Positions 18,540-28,647 are shown, counted from the stretch's first letter. The stretch is DNA of 64,000 nucleotides from an uncultured Methanosarcinales archaeon (GCA_964353335.1 CAYGVI010000003.1:419694-483693); one strand, 5' to 3'. Program-made: numbers and translations. The notes: generated from the letters alone by a model not told the origin.

Positions 18540-19712
18540 ATGGACTCCCAATACATTCTGCTTATCGCGTTTATCCTCCTGATGATTCTCTTTTCTATCC
18601 TGCAGCGCAAGAACATCCAGATGCAGGGGATTTTCCCAATATTGTACTTTGTGATGTGGCGCACCCAGAAGGGGCTGAAGTTCATGGACAGGCTCGCGCA
18701 GATGATGCCGAGGTTCTGGTCGTGGTTTTTCGGCATCGGGATTGTAGCAGGCTTTGCAGGAATGCTGATGATAAGCTATGAGCTAATCAGGACCACTGCC
18801 CTGCTTTTCATTTCACCCGGATCAGCCCCGGGAATCCAGCCAGTGCTTCCATTCCAGGCAGAGGGTGTGTTTTTTGTGCCGTTTGTCTACTGGCTGTTGA
18901 GCATTTTCCTTATCGCAGGAGTGCACGAGTTCTGCCACGGCATTGCTGCGAGGATTTACAAAATGCCTGTCAGGAACGCAGGGCTTGCATTCCTTGGGGT
19001 GATTGTCCCGATTGTTCCTGCTGCTTTTGTCGAGCCTGACGAAGCATACCTGCAGAAGCAGTCCAAATTCAGGCAGTTGAGCGTTTTTGCCGCAGGACCT
19101 TTCGCAAACCTTGTCATGGCGGGGATTATTTTCCTGATTGTCATTTTTGCCGCAAACCCATTGGCGCAGTCAATGCTTTTGCCTGACGGCGTTAGGATAA
19201 CCAGCGTAGAAACAGGAAGCCCTGCTGCTTTGGCAGGAATGCAGAAAGACGAGATTATAACATCAATTGACAGCCTTCCAACAGCTTACCTTGACAACCT
19301 CAGCACAGCACTATCCGCAAAAAAGCCAGGTGACACAATTGCATTGCAGACAAGGAACGCAACATACAATGTTGCGCTCGTAAAAAACCCGAAGAATGAG
19401 TCCAAAGTCTATCTAGGGGTGTTTTCAAGGCAGCACGCAGAGATAAAACCGCCATTCAAGGAAAAATACGGCGAGTGGTCTGTGCCGATAATCTTGTGGC
19501 TTTTCGGCCTGCTGTACTGGCTCTTCCTTTTGAGCCTCGGCATCGGCTTGTTCAACCTCCTGCCCATTGGCCCGATTGACGGCGGAAGGATGCTGCAGCT
19601 CGCAATGCAAAAGCTTTTTAAGCTACCGATTGGTTTGAAAGTCTCGAGGTTTATCAGCATCGCGTTTTTGCTGCTGGTGGTTATCAATGTTGTCAAAGGC
19701 TTCATTCATTAG
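18540..19712 (+). CDS. site-2 protease (M50 family, RseP-like) with PDZ domain
   Basis: HEFCHG (HExxH) motif, LLPIGPIDGG (LDG) motif, and a PDZ-like ITSVETGSPAALAGM region. Multiple TM helices. Confidence 0.8.
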   Translation: MDSQYILLIAFILLMILFSILQRKNIQMQGIFPILYFVMWRTQKGLKFMDRLAQMMPRFWSWFFGIGIVAGFAGMLMISYELIRTTALLFISPGSAPGIQPVLPFQAEGVFFVPFVYWLLSIFLIAGVHEFCHGIAARIYKMPVRNAGLAFLGVIVPIVPAAFVEPDEAYLQKQSKFRQLSVFAAGPFANLVMAGIIFLIVIFAANPLAQSMLLPDGVRITSVETGSPAALAGMQKDEIITSIDSLPTAYLDNLSTALSAKKPGDTIALQTRNATYNVALVKNPKNESKVYLGVFSRQHAEIKPPFKEKYGEWSVPIILWLFGLLYWLFLLSLGIGLFNLLPIGPIDGGRMLQLAMQKLFKLPIGLKVSRFISIAFLLLVVINVVKGFIH

Positions 19713-20172
19713 CATTGTGGCATGCGTTCTTGTGATAGCCCTGCTTGGCTGCCAGACATCGCCAACAGGCGGTGCAATAATCACTCAGGAGCAGACAGGC
19801 CCAAAGGATGTTGTTGTTACCAGCGAGCCAGTGCCACAGCCAGCCGCACAGCCAGCAAAGCCTGTGCCAGTTCCTCCGAGCGGAATTCCCACTAATGTTC
19901 TTCCAAGGCCAGAGCCTCAGGTAATAATCATACCTGAAAGCAAGCCTGCAGCAGACCCTTACAAGGCGTGCGTTGACAATTGCGATGCCTCGTGCACAAC
20001 TTCTGCGACATTCTCCTGCAGCAAGCCAAGCGGCACTGACTGCAAGGCAGCCTGCGGCAACATAATTGACCCGTCTGCCTGTTCCACAGCGTGCTCATTG
20101 AGGAGCGCGAGAATCTGCGAGCCAAAGTTCATAGAATTCTGCACAGCGCAATGCGTCGGCAAGTGTCATTAA
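19687..20172 (+). CDS. Cys-rich secreted lipoprotein-like protein (lipobox LLGC)
   Basis: Signal peptide ending ALLGC|QT, a Pro-rich linker, then a Cys-rich C-terminal domain. Confidence 0.45.
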   Translation: MLSKASFISIVACVLVIALLGCQTSPTGGAIITQEQTGPKDVVVTSEPVPQPAAQPAKPVPVPPSGIPTNVLPRPEPQVIIIPESKPAADPYKACVDNCDASCTTSATFSCSKPSGTDCKAACGNIIDPSACSTACSLRSARICEPKFIEFCTAQCVGKCH

Positions 20173-20214
20173 TTATTTCTTGCCTTCAAAGAACTTCTTA
20201 ACACGCTCATTTTT
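20173..20214 (-). pseudogene. remnant 3' end of a PadR-like gene (encodes ...KNERVKKFFEGKK*)
   Basis: The reverse complement reads NERVKKFFEGKK-stop. This matches the C-terminus (NERVKKFFEGRKENH) of the intact PadR-like gene at 20667..21008. Confidence 0.35.
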
Positions 20215-20238
20215 AATAGTGCATGGTTCCTTCCTCAA

Positions 20239-20670
20239 ATGTCTAAAGTGTTAAATATTACGAAACCTTTCGGGGGTATTGTGAGTCAAACCCTGAAATA
20301 TAATACACAACGAAATGTTGCGCTGGAAGAACGTCTGGGCAATATAGTTAACGATGCAATCAATGGAAAAATTGATTGCAACGAGCTTTACGAACGTTCT
20401 GAAGGCCTAAAGTATGAATTTCTTGAGCAGGATCCCGCAGGCTATGACGCACCTCTTGCGCACATCCTTTTGAAAGAATCGCTTGGCGATCTGCATCTTT
20501 TGCATGATCCTGATACGGGTTTACCGCTTGAAAGTCTTAGAAACTCATTGTTAGGAAATAGATCATGTGTTTTTGTGCGGGAGTGTGAAAATAAGACATT
20601 TGAAATCACATATCACCCATATCGTGACCCTAAATATCGTGCGAATCCAGTCAGTATTAAAGAACTTTAA
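20239..20670 (+). CDS. hypothetical protein (143 aa)
   Basis: ORF flanked by duplicated PadR 3'-end sequence (see findings). Confidence 0.4.
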   Translation: MSKVLNITKPFGGIVSQTLKYNTQRNVALEERLGNIVNDAINGKIDCNELYERSEGLKYEFLEQDPAGYDAPLAHILLKESLGDLHLLHDPDTGLPLESLRNSLLGNRSCVFVRECENKTFEITYHPYRDPKYRANPVSIKEL

Positions 20671-21008
20671 TGATTCTCTTTCCTCCCCTCAAAGAACTTC
20701 TTCACTCGCTCGTTTCCAACAGGCTTTGCATTTGGTCCAAGGGCATAATACTTCTTCTCAACAACAGAGCCCCAGGAATATTCGCCGTGCTCCTCTTTTA
20801 TCTCCTTGACGACAAACTCGCCTATTGCAGTTCCCTTGCGCAGGTGATAATATACATTTTCGCGCGTGCACTGCGGGAAAATCGCATTGTAAATCTTGGC
20901 AAGCTCATAACCATACGCAGAGCCCTTTACCGCGAGAATTTCAACCATACCTTGCCGAATCTCTGACTTTATAGGTCTTCCTCTTGGCATAGTTCTGTTT
21001 CCGCCCAT
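20667..21008 (-). CDS. PadR-like winged-helix transcriptional regulator
   Basis: ILAVKGSAYGYELAKIY wHTH pattern. 113 aa. Confidence 0.55.
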   Translation of the reverse strand: MGGNRTMPRGRPIKSEIRQGMVEILAVKGSAYGYELAKIYNAIFPQCTRENVYYHLRKGTAIGEFVVKEIKEEHGEYSWGSVVEKKYYALGPNAKPVGNERVKKFFEGRKENH

Positions 21009-21038
21009 TAAGTATTAATATTTTTCCATATTGTAAAT

Positions 21039-21851
21039 GTGAAGCTTTTTATTGACCTTGCCAGTTGCGTTTTTGTGAGCAAAACCAACTCTTCGGAAGA
21101 CACTGTGTTCTTAATCAGTCCTGTTCGTGATTCACAATATCCTGATGAAGTCTTTCTGATGTATTATGTGGCGCAGCTTGAGGCTCAGGGCAAAAAAGTG
21201 CATTATCCGCTCTGGGACACAAAACAGGGCGATCCTATCGGGATGAAAATATGCGAGCAGAACAGGGATGTAATAAGAAATGCAAGCGAGGTCCATTTGT
21301 ACTGGACCCCTGGCAGCGACGGAAGCAAGTTTGACCTGGGGATGGTTTTTATGGCAAGAACGCCTTTGAAAATAATCAATAAGGAAGCTGTTAAAACAAC
21401 ACCCTATCCAAGCCTTGCAAACTTTGTGCTTGCGCTTGACAGTCTTTCTGGTGTGCAGCCAAACCCTGTTGCCAGAAAATGGCCTGATGAGCACATGGCT
21501 TACATTCTTTGCCCTGAATGGAAGGATTTTCTTAACAGGGATTTTATTGAGGATTACGTGCATGCTCTTGAGTCCTTTGGCACTCATGTGTATTATCCGC
21601 CAAGAGAAGATGCAATTGACGACGTAACCTGCATTGCGGCATATAGCGCGCGCAGGGCTGCAATGGAAAAATCAAAGGATGTTCATGTTTTGTGGACAGG
21701 CAATAATAATGACAACAAGTTTGACCTTGGAATGGCATTCATGGCAGAAAAGCCAGTCTGCCTGACACGCAGTATTCCTGCAACAGACGGCAAAAAGAGT
21801 TTTAACAATGTGCTTCGCGCACTTGACGCAAAATACAAGGCAAACAGTTAA
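21039..21851 (+). CDS. tandem-duplicated nucleoside 2-deoxyribosyltransferase-like (NDT/TIR-like flavodoxin-fold) protein
   Basis: There is an internal repeat. ...VHYPLWD...GSDGSKFDLGMVFMARTP and ...VYYPPRED...NNDNKFDLGMAFMAEKP each fit the NDT signature (S/D)G(T).F(E/D).G.A.A..KP, with the nucleophile at an Asp. Confidence 0.45.
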   Translation: MKLFIDLASCVFVSKTNSSEDTVFLISPVRDSQYPDEVFLMYYVAQLEAQGKKVHYPLWDTKQGDPIGMKICEQNRDVIRNASEVHLYWTPGSDGSKFDLGMVFMARTPLKIINKEAVKTTPYPSLANFVLALDSLSGVQPNPVARKWPDEHMAYILCPEWKDFLNRDFIEDYVHALESFGTHVYYPPREDAIDDVTCIAAYSARRAAMEKSKDVHVLWTGNNNDNKFDLGMAFMAEKPVCLTRSIPATDGKKSFNNVLRALDAKYKANS

Positions 21852-21882
21852 ATTTATAATCCCCCCTTCTTAACTTACCGCT

Positions 21883-22407
21883 ATGGCAAACTGGCTAAAA
21901 CTCTTGTATGTATTGGTTATCGCACTGCTCTATGTCCCGATGGTATTCCTTGGGGCTAATGTATTCTTCCCGAAGTTCACGGGAACAGAATCATACTGGC
22001 GCGGCGCAGAGGAGTGCTATGCACAATATGCTCCGAACGCTCAGATGACTGCAGAAGAACAGAAAGTAATGACAGCAGAACAGCAGGCAAAGACAAACGA
22101 GTGCCTTGCAAAGCAGCGCGTTGCAGAACAGGCATGGAACGAGGAGCGCAATGTTTACAATGGATGGAAATATTCGCTGATAACTGGCTTCAACCTTGTG
22201 ATTTTGGTTCTCGCGATACTGCTTCCGCTTACTGACGCAGTGCTTATGGGAGTCTTCATCGGTACGGTAATCACTGCATTTGCTGGAACTGTCAGCTACT
22301 GGGATTATGCAAGGACAAAGCTCGGCTTTGCGCTGATGCTGGTAACATTCTTTGTCGTGATATGGATAGTTAACAAGCAGGCAAAGAAGCTTCTCAAGAA
22401 GAAATGA
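21883..22407 (+). CDS. membrane protein, hypothetical (174 aa)
   Basis: Three to four predicted TM helices. Confidence 0.4.
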   Translation: MANWLKLLYVLVIALLYVPMVFLGANVFFPKFTGTESYWRGAEECYAQYAPNAQMTAEEQKVMTAEQQAKTNECLAKQRVAEQAWNEERNVYNGWKYSLITGFNLVILVLAILLPLTDAVLMGVFIGTVITAFAGTVSYWDYARTKLGFALMLVTFFVVIWIVNKQAKKLLKKK

Positions 22408-23348
22408 AAGTTTTCTTCCAACTGTACAAGCGCTACGCAGATATTGCCTCAGCTGAAGCCTTGGAAGTTGCCAAGGGAAGGAAAATCGGGCTTTATGGCA
22501 ATGAAATTCTTGTTGCAGATGCCAAATCCGCTGATTTTCACCGCCTTGGGCTCTCGCATTCTGCTTATGAGTTTCTTTTTGCCTGCAACCGCTCTCAACT
22601 GGGCAGAAAAATCTCAGGATTCAACTGGCAGAAGCATTACAGGAAGAACTTCAAGGTCACCTGCCACCATGTTGACTCCTGCATTGAGCGCGCAATAGCC
22701 AAGCAGGTTGCGGAAAAAATCAAAAACTCAAAGGCAGAGATGAAAAAACCTGTTTCCTGGTTTAATTTCTTCTTTATTGACGGCAAAGTGATTGCAGGAA
22801 AGCTCTTGTGGCAGAACACAGAGGACTTTGAAAGCAGGAAAGTGCACCGCTGGCCAGCCCCGCACCCGACAGGAACACACCCGCAGCTGGCCAGGGCAAT
22901 GGTAAACCTCACAGGAATCACAAAAGGAGAGCTTGTTGACCCGTTTTGCGGAGCAGGAGGAACCTTAATCGAAGCAGGCTTGATGGGATTAACTCCAGTT
23001 GGCTATGACATTGAGCCTGAATTATTGTCAAAAGCAGTCAAAAACCTTGAGGGCTACGGAATAAAGCGCTACAAACTGCAAAAAAAGAACGCATTGACCA
23101 TCAGCAAAGCAAAATATCTTGTCGCAGACCTTCCATATGGCAGGAATACGCCGAGAAAAGGCTTGGAATTGCTTTATGCTAAGTTCCTTGCAAGGCTGAA
23201 GCAGGTCCTGACAGGCAAAGCAGTCCTTGGCTTCCCTGACACAATCAATTACAAACCATTAATCAGGAAAGCAAAGCTGAAAATCCTCAATGAATTCTCG
23301 TGGGAAATAAACAGAAACCTGAACAAGAAGATAGTTGTTGTCGAGTGA
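22404..23348 (+). CDS. tRNA (guanine-N2)-methyltransferase, Trm11/Trm-G10-like
   Basis: DPFCGAGGTLIEAG SAM motif I and DLPYG (D/N-PP-Y-like) motif IV. The N-terminal ~150 aa is THUMP-like. Confidence 0.6.
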   Translation: MKVFFQLYKRYADIASAEALEVAKGRKIGLYGNEILVADAKSADFHRLGLSHSAYEFLFACNRSQLGRKISGFNWQKHYRKNFKVTCHHVDSCIERAIAKQVAEKIKNSKAEMKKPVSWFNFFFIDGKVIAGKLLWQNTEDFESRKVHRWPAPHPTGTHPQLARAMVNLTGITKGELVDPFCGAGGTLIEAGLMGLTPVGYDIEPELLSKAVKNLEGYGIKRYKLQKKNALTISKAKYLVADLPYGRNTPRKGLELLYAKFLARLKQVLTGKAVLGFPDTINYKPLIRKAKLKILNEFSWEINRNLNKKIVVVE

Positions 23349-23385
23349 TTTCTTCCATAAGTTTTAAATACAGAACATATCTAGC

Positions 23386-23802
23386 ATGCGTATGCAAGCA
23401 GACGGCATTAGTCGAAGCAAGTATTTCTGGGTTTCGTCATTTATTCTTCCGTTGATTGTTACAATTTATTATGCGATTAGTTTTGCAAGCTCACACTACA
23501 CGCCTTGGTATCAGATACTTATTTTGTTACTCGTGGTCTGCACTTTTATAGAATTTAAAATAATACAAGAAGAAACTTGGGGCAAATCAGTAGTGTCATT
23601 GCTTTTATTCGGGTTGGCAAATGTTCTGGCAAGTTTTGTTATGTTTTCTGTAATGCTTGTTATTATGAACCAAATCTATCCAACTTTTGGCGGTGATATG
23701 GCAGGTTATGGAATTATTTTAATACCTATTTTATTTGCTGCATCGACAATCATATCTGGAATATTTGCTCTTATTGCAAAAGCAGTTGCAGGGAAGCGCT
23801 AA
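23386..23802 (+). CDS. membrane protein, hypothetical (138 aa)
   Basis: Four predicted TM helices. Confidence 0.4.
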   Translation: MRMQADGISRSKYFWVSSFILPLIVTIYYAISFASSHYTPWYQILILLLVVCTFIEFKIIQEETWGKSVVSLLLFGLANVLASFVMFSVMLVIMNQIYPTFGGDMAGYGIILIPILFAASTIISGIFALIAKAVAGKR

Positions 23803-23813
23803 ATAATTGACAA

Positions 23814-26231
23814 TCAGCGCCTGAGCTTCTTTTCCATTTCAGCAATCTTCAAAGTCGTCTTGACAACTGCGTCTGGGCTGAGAGAAATTGAGTCAATTCC
23901 GCACTTCACAAGGAACTGCGCAAAGTCAGAGTGTGTTGACGGCGCGTCTCCGCAGATTCCAATCTTCCTGTGGCAGGATTTTACTGTCTTTATTGCGTAC
24001 TCAACCATTCGCTTTACTGCCTCATTGCGTTCATCAAACAGGTCTGCGACAATCGCGCTGTCCCTATCAAGACCAAGTGTCAATTGCGTCAAGTCATTTG
24101 AGCCTATGCTGAATCCGTCAAATATCTTGCTGAACTCTTCTGCAAGTATTACATTGCTTGGAATCTCGCACATGACATAAATCTGAAGGTCATTTTTGCC
24201 CTGTTTCAATCCGTGCTTGCTCATTTCTGCGATAACATTCTTTCCTTCCTCAACTGTCCTGCAGAATGGCACCATTGCTTTCAAATTGGTCAATCCGAAT
24301 TCATCACGGACTCGTTTAAGCGCTTTGCATTCAAGTGCAAACGCCGGACTGTAGCCATCGCGGTAATACCTGCTTGCCCCGCGCCAGCCTATCATGGGGT
24401 TTTCCTCTTTCGGCTCGTAAACAGCGCCGCCAATCAGGTTTGCGTATTCATTTGTCTTGAAATCGCTCATTCTGACAATAACGTCATTGGGGTAGAACGC
24501 TGCTGCAATCATTCCGATTCCCTGCGCCAATTTGTCAACGAAAAAGTCAGCCTTGTTTGCATAGCCGTAAGTCAATTGCTCAATCTTTCTTTTGACATCA
24601 GAATCAGTTATGTTTTTGAAATTCAGCAAAGCCATCGGGTGTATCCTGATGAATTCGTTAATCACAAACTCCATTCTTGCAAGCCCGACTCCCTGATTCG
24701 GGATAAAGCTCAGCTCAAACGCCTCGTCAGGGTTGCCCACATTCATCATAATCTTGGTTTTTGTCTTTGGCATCTGCTTCAGGTCAAGCCTCTGCACCTC
24801 AAACTTGAGAATGCCCTCATAGACCCTGCCTTCCTCGCCTTCTGCGCAGCTTACAGTGACCTTCTGCCCGCTCCTTATCTTGTCAGTTCCGTTAAGAGTC
24901 CCAACGACACAGGGAATTCCCATTTCGCGCGAAACAATTGCCGCGTGGCAGGTGCGGCCGCCTTTATTCGTGACAATTGCCTTTGCCATTCTCATTATCG
25001 GAACCCAGTCAGGGTCTGTCATTTCTGTGACAAGCACATCTCCTGGCTTGAAGTGTGAGATTTCCTTTACATCCTTGATTACCTGTGCGACTCCCTGTCC
25101 TATCTTGTTGCCCACGCTCTTGCCGCAAGCCAGAACTTTTCCTTTTTCCTTCAGCTTGTATTCCTCAAGAACATTCTTTGCCTTCTGGCTCTGGACTGTT
25201 TCAGGGCGCGCCTGCACAATGAAAAGCTTTCCTGACTGCCCATCCTTTGCCCACTCTATGTCCATCGGAGTCCACTTGCCTTTTTTCTGCGAATAGTGCT
25301 CCTCAATTATTACCCCCCACTTTGCCAGCTGCAATGCCTCGTCATCTGTAATGCAGAACTTTTTCCTGTCTTCATCAGGGGTTGGAATGTTTTTTGTCGG
25401 ACGGGGGCCTTCATTTGCATAAATCATCTTTATTGCCTTTTCGCCGATTATTTTCTGTATGAGTGGTTTGTATCCTTCTTTCAAAGTCGGCTTGAAAACG
25501 TAGAATTCGTCAGGGTTGACTGCTCCCTGCACTACATTCTCGCCAAGCCCATAGCTTCCTGTCACAAAGCAGACATGCGGGAATCCTGTCTCTGTGTCTA
25601 GTGTGAACATCACTCCTGAGCTTGCCAGGTCAGACCTCGCCATCTTCTGGACGCCTATGCTCAGGTAGACCTTGAAGTGGTCAAAGCCTTTTTCTGCCCT
25701 GTATGCAATCGCCCTGTTTGTGAACAATGATGCAAAGCAGTTCCTGCAGGCGTCAAGCAGTGCGTGCTCGCCGACTATGTTAAGATAAGTCTCCTGCTGG
25801 CCTGCGAAGCTTGCTTCAGGCAGGTCTTCTGCTGTTGCAGAGCTCCTGACAGCAACATCAACCTCATTAGAGCGGTATTCCTTGCTCAAAAGCGTGTATG
25901 CCCTGAATATTGCATCCCTGAGGTCGTCTGGGAACTCTGCCCTGCGTACCAGCTCGCGGATTTTCCTTCCCCTTTCCGAAAGCTGTCTCATGTTTTTCAC
26001 GTCAAGACCTTCGAGAAGGGCCTTCATCTCTTTCTCAATTCCTGATTGCTTCAAAAGATGCTTGTAAGCGTGAGCAGTGATTGCAAATCCGTTTGGAATC
26101 CTTACCCCTTTTCTTGTTAGCTCCCTGTACATCTCTCCAAGGGATGCATTCTTTCCGCCAACCAGCGGCACATCCTCTATCCTTAAGTCCTTGAACCAGA
26201 GAATGAAATCAGTTTCGCGTGTCATTGTCAA
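23814..26231 (-). CDS. ppsA: phosphoenolpyruvate synthase (pyruvate, water dikinase)
   Basis: 805 aa. An N-terminal ATP-grasp region, a central phosphohistidine domain (GGRTCHAAIVSREMGIPCVVG) and a C-terminal PEP-utilising TIM barrel. Confidence 0.9.
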   Translation of the reverse strand: MTMTRETDFILWFKDLRIEDVPLVGGKNASLGEMYRELTRKGVRIPNGFAITAHAYKHLLKQSGIEKEMKALLEGLDVKNMRQLSERGRKIRELVRRAEFPDDLRDAIFRAYTLLSKEYRSNEVDVAVRSSATAEDLPEASFAGQQETYLNIVGEHALLDACRNCFASLFTNRAIAYRAEKGFDHFKVYLSIGVQKMARSDLASSGVMFTLDTETGFPHVCFVTGSYGLGENVVQGAVNPDEFYVFKPTLKEGYKPLIQKIIGEKAIKMIYANEGPRPTKNIPTPDEDRKKFCITDDEALQLAKWGVIIEEHYSQKKGKWTPMDIEWAKDGQSGKLFIVQARPETVQSQKAKNVLEEYKLKEKGKVLACGKSVGNKIGQGVAQVIKDVKEISHFKPGDVLVTEMTDPDWVPIMRMAKAIVTNKGGRTCHAAIVSREMGIPCVVGTLNGTDKIRSGQKVTVSCAEGEEGRVYEGILKFEVQRLDLKQMPKTKTKIMMNVGNPDEAFELSFIPNQGVGLARMEFVINEFIRIHPMALLNFKNITDSDVKRKIEQLTYGYANKADFFVDKLAQGIGMIAAAFYPNDVIVRMSDFKTNEYANLIGGAVYEPKEENPMIGWRGASRYYRDGYSPAFALECKALKRVRDEFGLTNLKAMVPFCRTVEEGKNVIAEMSKHGLKQGKNDLQIYVMCEIPSNVILAEEFSKIFDGFSIGSNDLTQLTLGLDRDSAIVADLFDERNEAVKRMVEYAIKTVKSCHRKIGICGDAPSTHSDFAQFLVKCGIDSISLSPDAVVKTTLKIAEMEKKLRR

Positions 26232-26272
26232 CCTTTTTTTAAATAAAAATAAAAAAAGAAAATAAAATTTTC

Positions 26273-26593
26273 TTAGTCCTCTGCCAGGTCCCAGATAGCC
26301 CTGAGTGCGACAAGCAGTGCTGCTGGCGCGACAAAGGCAATCATGTTGGTCAGGATTGTTCCGAGTGTCCTTCCCAATGGGGGAAGCCCGCCCATGCCTG
26401 AGACAACCAGGATTGCGATGCAGGCGACAAGGAATTCCTGTGCCTCACGTGCCCTGATGTTCAGGAACCCAACCACTAGGCCGAGAATGACGAGCACCCA
26501 TGCAACCTGTGCTGCTGGCAAGCTCGGTATAAGTCCGGCCACAACGGCGATGAGTACGCCAATCAAGAATGCCCATGTTCCTATCTTTTCCAT
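26273..26593 (-). CDS. membrane protein, hypothetical (106 aa)
   Basis: Three predicted TM helices. Confidence 0.4.
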   Translation of the reverse strand: MEKIGTWAFLIGVLIAVVAGLIPSLPAAQVAWVLVILGLVVGFLNIRAREAQEFLVACIAILVVSGMGGLPPLGRTLGTILTNMIAFVAPAALLVALRAIWDLAED

Positions 26594-26669
26594 TTTATCC
26601 CTCCATATATTGATTTAAGCAAAATAGGCGGCAGAGTGTATAAAATTATTAGTAACCACTACAGAATAG

Positions 26670-27311
26670 TCAAGCTTTGTACTTCTTCTTGTGCCAGCGG
26701 TGGCTTATTAATTCCCATACCAGCGGGACAAAAGAAATGATTATTATTGCGAGGATGACAAGTGAAAAATTCTCCTTCACATAGTTGATTGCTCCGAACC
26801 AGTAGCCCGCAAGCACAAACAGCAGCGTCCATGCAATTCCGCCAACCACGTTGTAAACCAAGAATTTTGGATATGGCATCTTTCCAATGCCTGCCACAAA
26901 AGGCGCAAATGTCCTGATAATCGGAATAAAGCGCGCGAGCACTATTGTCTTTGCGCCGTATTTCTCATAGAAAAGGTGTGTGCGTTCCAGGTATTCCTTT
27001 CTGAAGAACAATCCTTTCTTCTGCCTGAACACCTTTGGGCCGAGAATGCTGCCAACCCAGTAATTTACAGTGTCGCCGAGTATTGCCGCGATTGCAATCA
27101 ATGCAATCAGGAGTCCGATGCTGAATGAGCCCCTTGCGGCAAATGTTCCTGCGGCAAACAATAAAGAGTCTCCTGGCAAAAATGGCGTTGCAACAAACCC
27201 TGTCTCAAGGAAAACTATAATGAACAGGAGTGCGTAAGTCCATACGCCGTAATTCTGTATGATTAAGTCAAGATACTTGTCCACGTGCAGTATTATGTCA
27301 ATGATGTTCAT
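26670..27311 (-). CDS. DedA/SNARE-associated family membrane protein
   Basis: FLETGFVATPFLPGDSLLFAAG motif. Confidence 0.7.
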   Translation of the reverse strand: MNIIDIILHVDKYLDLIIQNYGVWTYALLFIIVFLETGFVATPFLPGDSLLFAAGTFAARGSFSIGLLIALIAIAAILGDTVNYWVGSILGPKVFRQKKGLFFRKEYLERTHLFYEKYGAKTIVLARFIPIIRTFAPFVAGIGKMPYPKFLVYNVVGGIAWTLLFVLAGYWFGAINYVKENFSLVILAIIIISFVPLVWELISHRWHKKKYKA

Positions 27312-28549
27312 CCGTGCGTCTCCTGCAAAAGGATTATGCTTATTGTTATGCTGCGCTGTTTCAGGTAGCTGTCTTTTGCCGCTGCATTAACAGCTGCTTC
27401 CGGAGTGCGCCACTCCCGTTTTACCTCTGCCATCACCCTGTGGTCTGAAACAAAAGTCTTCTTGTGCACTTTTTTGAATTTTGCAACAGCTTCCTTGAGC
27501 TCAAGCGGAGGTCCGGGGTGTATCATCACCGCAGGCAGTTTGCTTTCCTTGACAACATACCATAACTCTGCCTCTGGCCCCTTGTTCCAGCGCCAGCCTG
27601 CTATCTTTATTTCAAAGTCCTCAAGGTATCTCTTGATGTATTCAAACACGTGCAAAAGCCTTGTTCCGACAACATCTTCCTTACCTTTTGGCACTTTTGC
27701 GCAGACATGCACAAGGTGCCCGAGCTTTGCGAGCTTTCCAAGGTCAACCTCTGTTTCGACAAATGCCTCTTTTGACTGCTTTTTCAAAAACTTCTGCGCT
27801 GCTTTTACAAGCCCGTCATATTTTTCCTGGCTCAGGGCTGCTGCAGAGTTTCTTTCCTTTTGAACAGGGTCAATTATTATCAACGGCCCCTGAATCTTGC
27901 TGCGGTTAAGGACAAACAATGCTTTTTTGTCAAAATGATGGTAGTAATCAACAATTGTCTTAGGCTTCCATTGCGATGCTGCCTTCAGCAATGGCAAAAA
28001 TCCCTTGTAGTACCCGACAAGTATGTCAACAACGTGGCCTGAGAATCCGCGGATGTAGCTTTCTGCGCCGTAAACCCCCTGCGCCTTGCAGAATTTCTTG
28101 AAAAGCCTGATGTCATCCTTGTATTTTTTGCAGTTTTTGTTGACCCACTGCACGTGCAGCGGCGAAAAATCAGTCACGTTTTCTGCGTCGCTGCCTTTTT
28201 TGATTGCGAGCACAGGGATTATCTCAAACCTGAACCTTTTTTCGTGCACCCAGAAATAATCCCTTGAGCCGTGCACCCTTTCTGTCTTCCAGGGCTTCAA
28301 TGCCTTTGTAAGCAGGTTGCTCAGGTTCTCTTTCCTGTGCTTCAGCGAGAACCGCACGAAAACATCAACATCATAGTCGCCCTTGAGCCAGGTGTCCTTT
28401 GCATAGCTTCCGCCAAGAACCGCCTCTGCAGAGCACTTGTTCTTTTTCAATGACCTGTTGAGTTGTGAAATGAAAGTGTCAACTAATTGAAATGTAGCTG
28501 CGCGCTCTTCCCTGCACGGCGTGATGCCATTCAGGACTTCCTTTAGCAT
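27308..28549 (-). CDS. cca: CCA-adding enzyme (class I tRNA nucleotidyltransferase, archaeal)
   Basis: LGGSYAKDTWLKGDYDVDVFVRF (GS...D.D class I polymerase-beta motif). I chose the internal start MLKEVL. Confidence 0.75.
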   Translation of the reverse strand: MLKEVLNGITPCREERAATFQLVDTFISQLNRSLKKNKCSAEAVLGGSYAKDTWLKGDYDVDVFVRFSLKHRKENLSNLLTKALKPWKTERVHGSRDYFWVHEKRFRFEIIPVLAIKKGSDAENVTDFSPLHVQWVNKNCKKYKDDIRLFKKFCKAQGVYGAESYIRGFSGHVVDILVGYYKGFLPLLKAASQWKPKTIVDYYHHFDKKALFVLNRSKIQGPLIIIDPVQKERNSAAALSQEKYDGLVKAAQKFLKKQSKEAFVETEVDLGKLAKLGHLVHVCAKVPKGKEDVVGTRLLHVFEYIKRYLEDFEIKIAGWRWNKGPEAELWYVVKESKLPAVMIHPGPPLELKEAVAKFKKVHKKTFVSDHRVMAEVKREWRTPEAAVNAAAKDSYLKQRSITISIILLQETHG

Positions 28550-28647
28550 TTGTTTTTCATTAGCCACGCTTTGCCAAACGCAAAGGGTGGTATAAAAAGC
28601 TACTTGTTGCCGAAACGCTTTTATAAGAGAAGGCATAAGCAGGCAGT

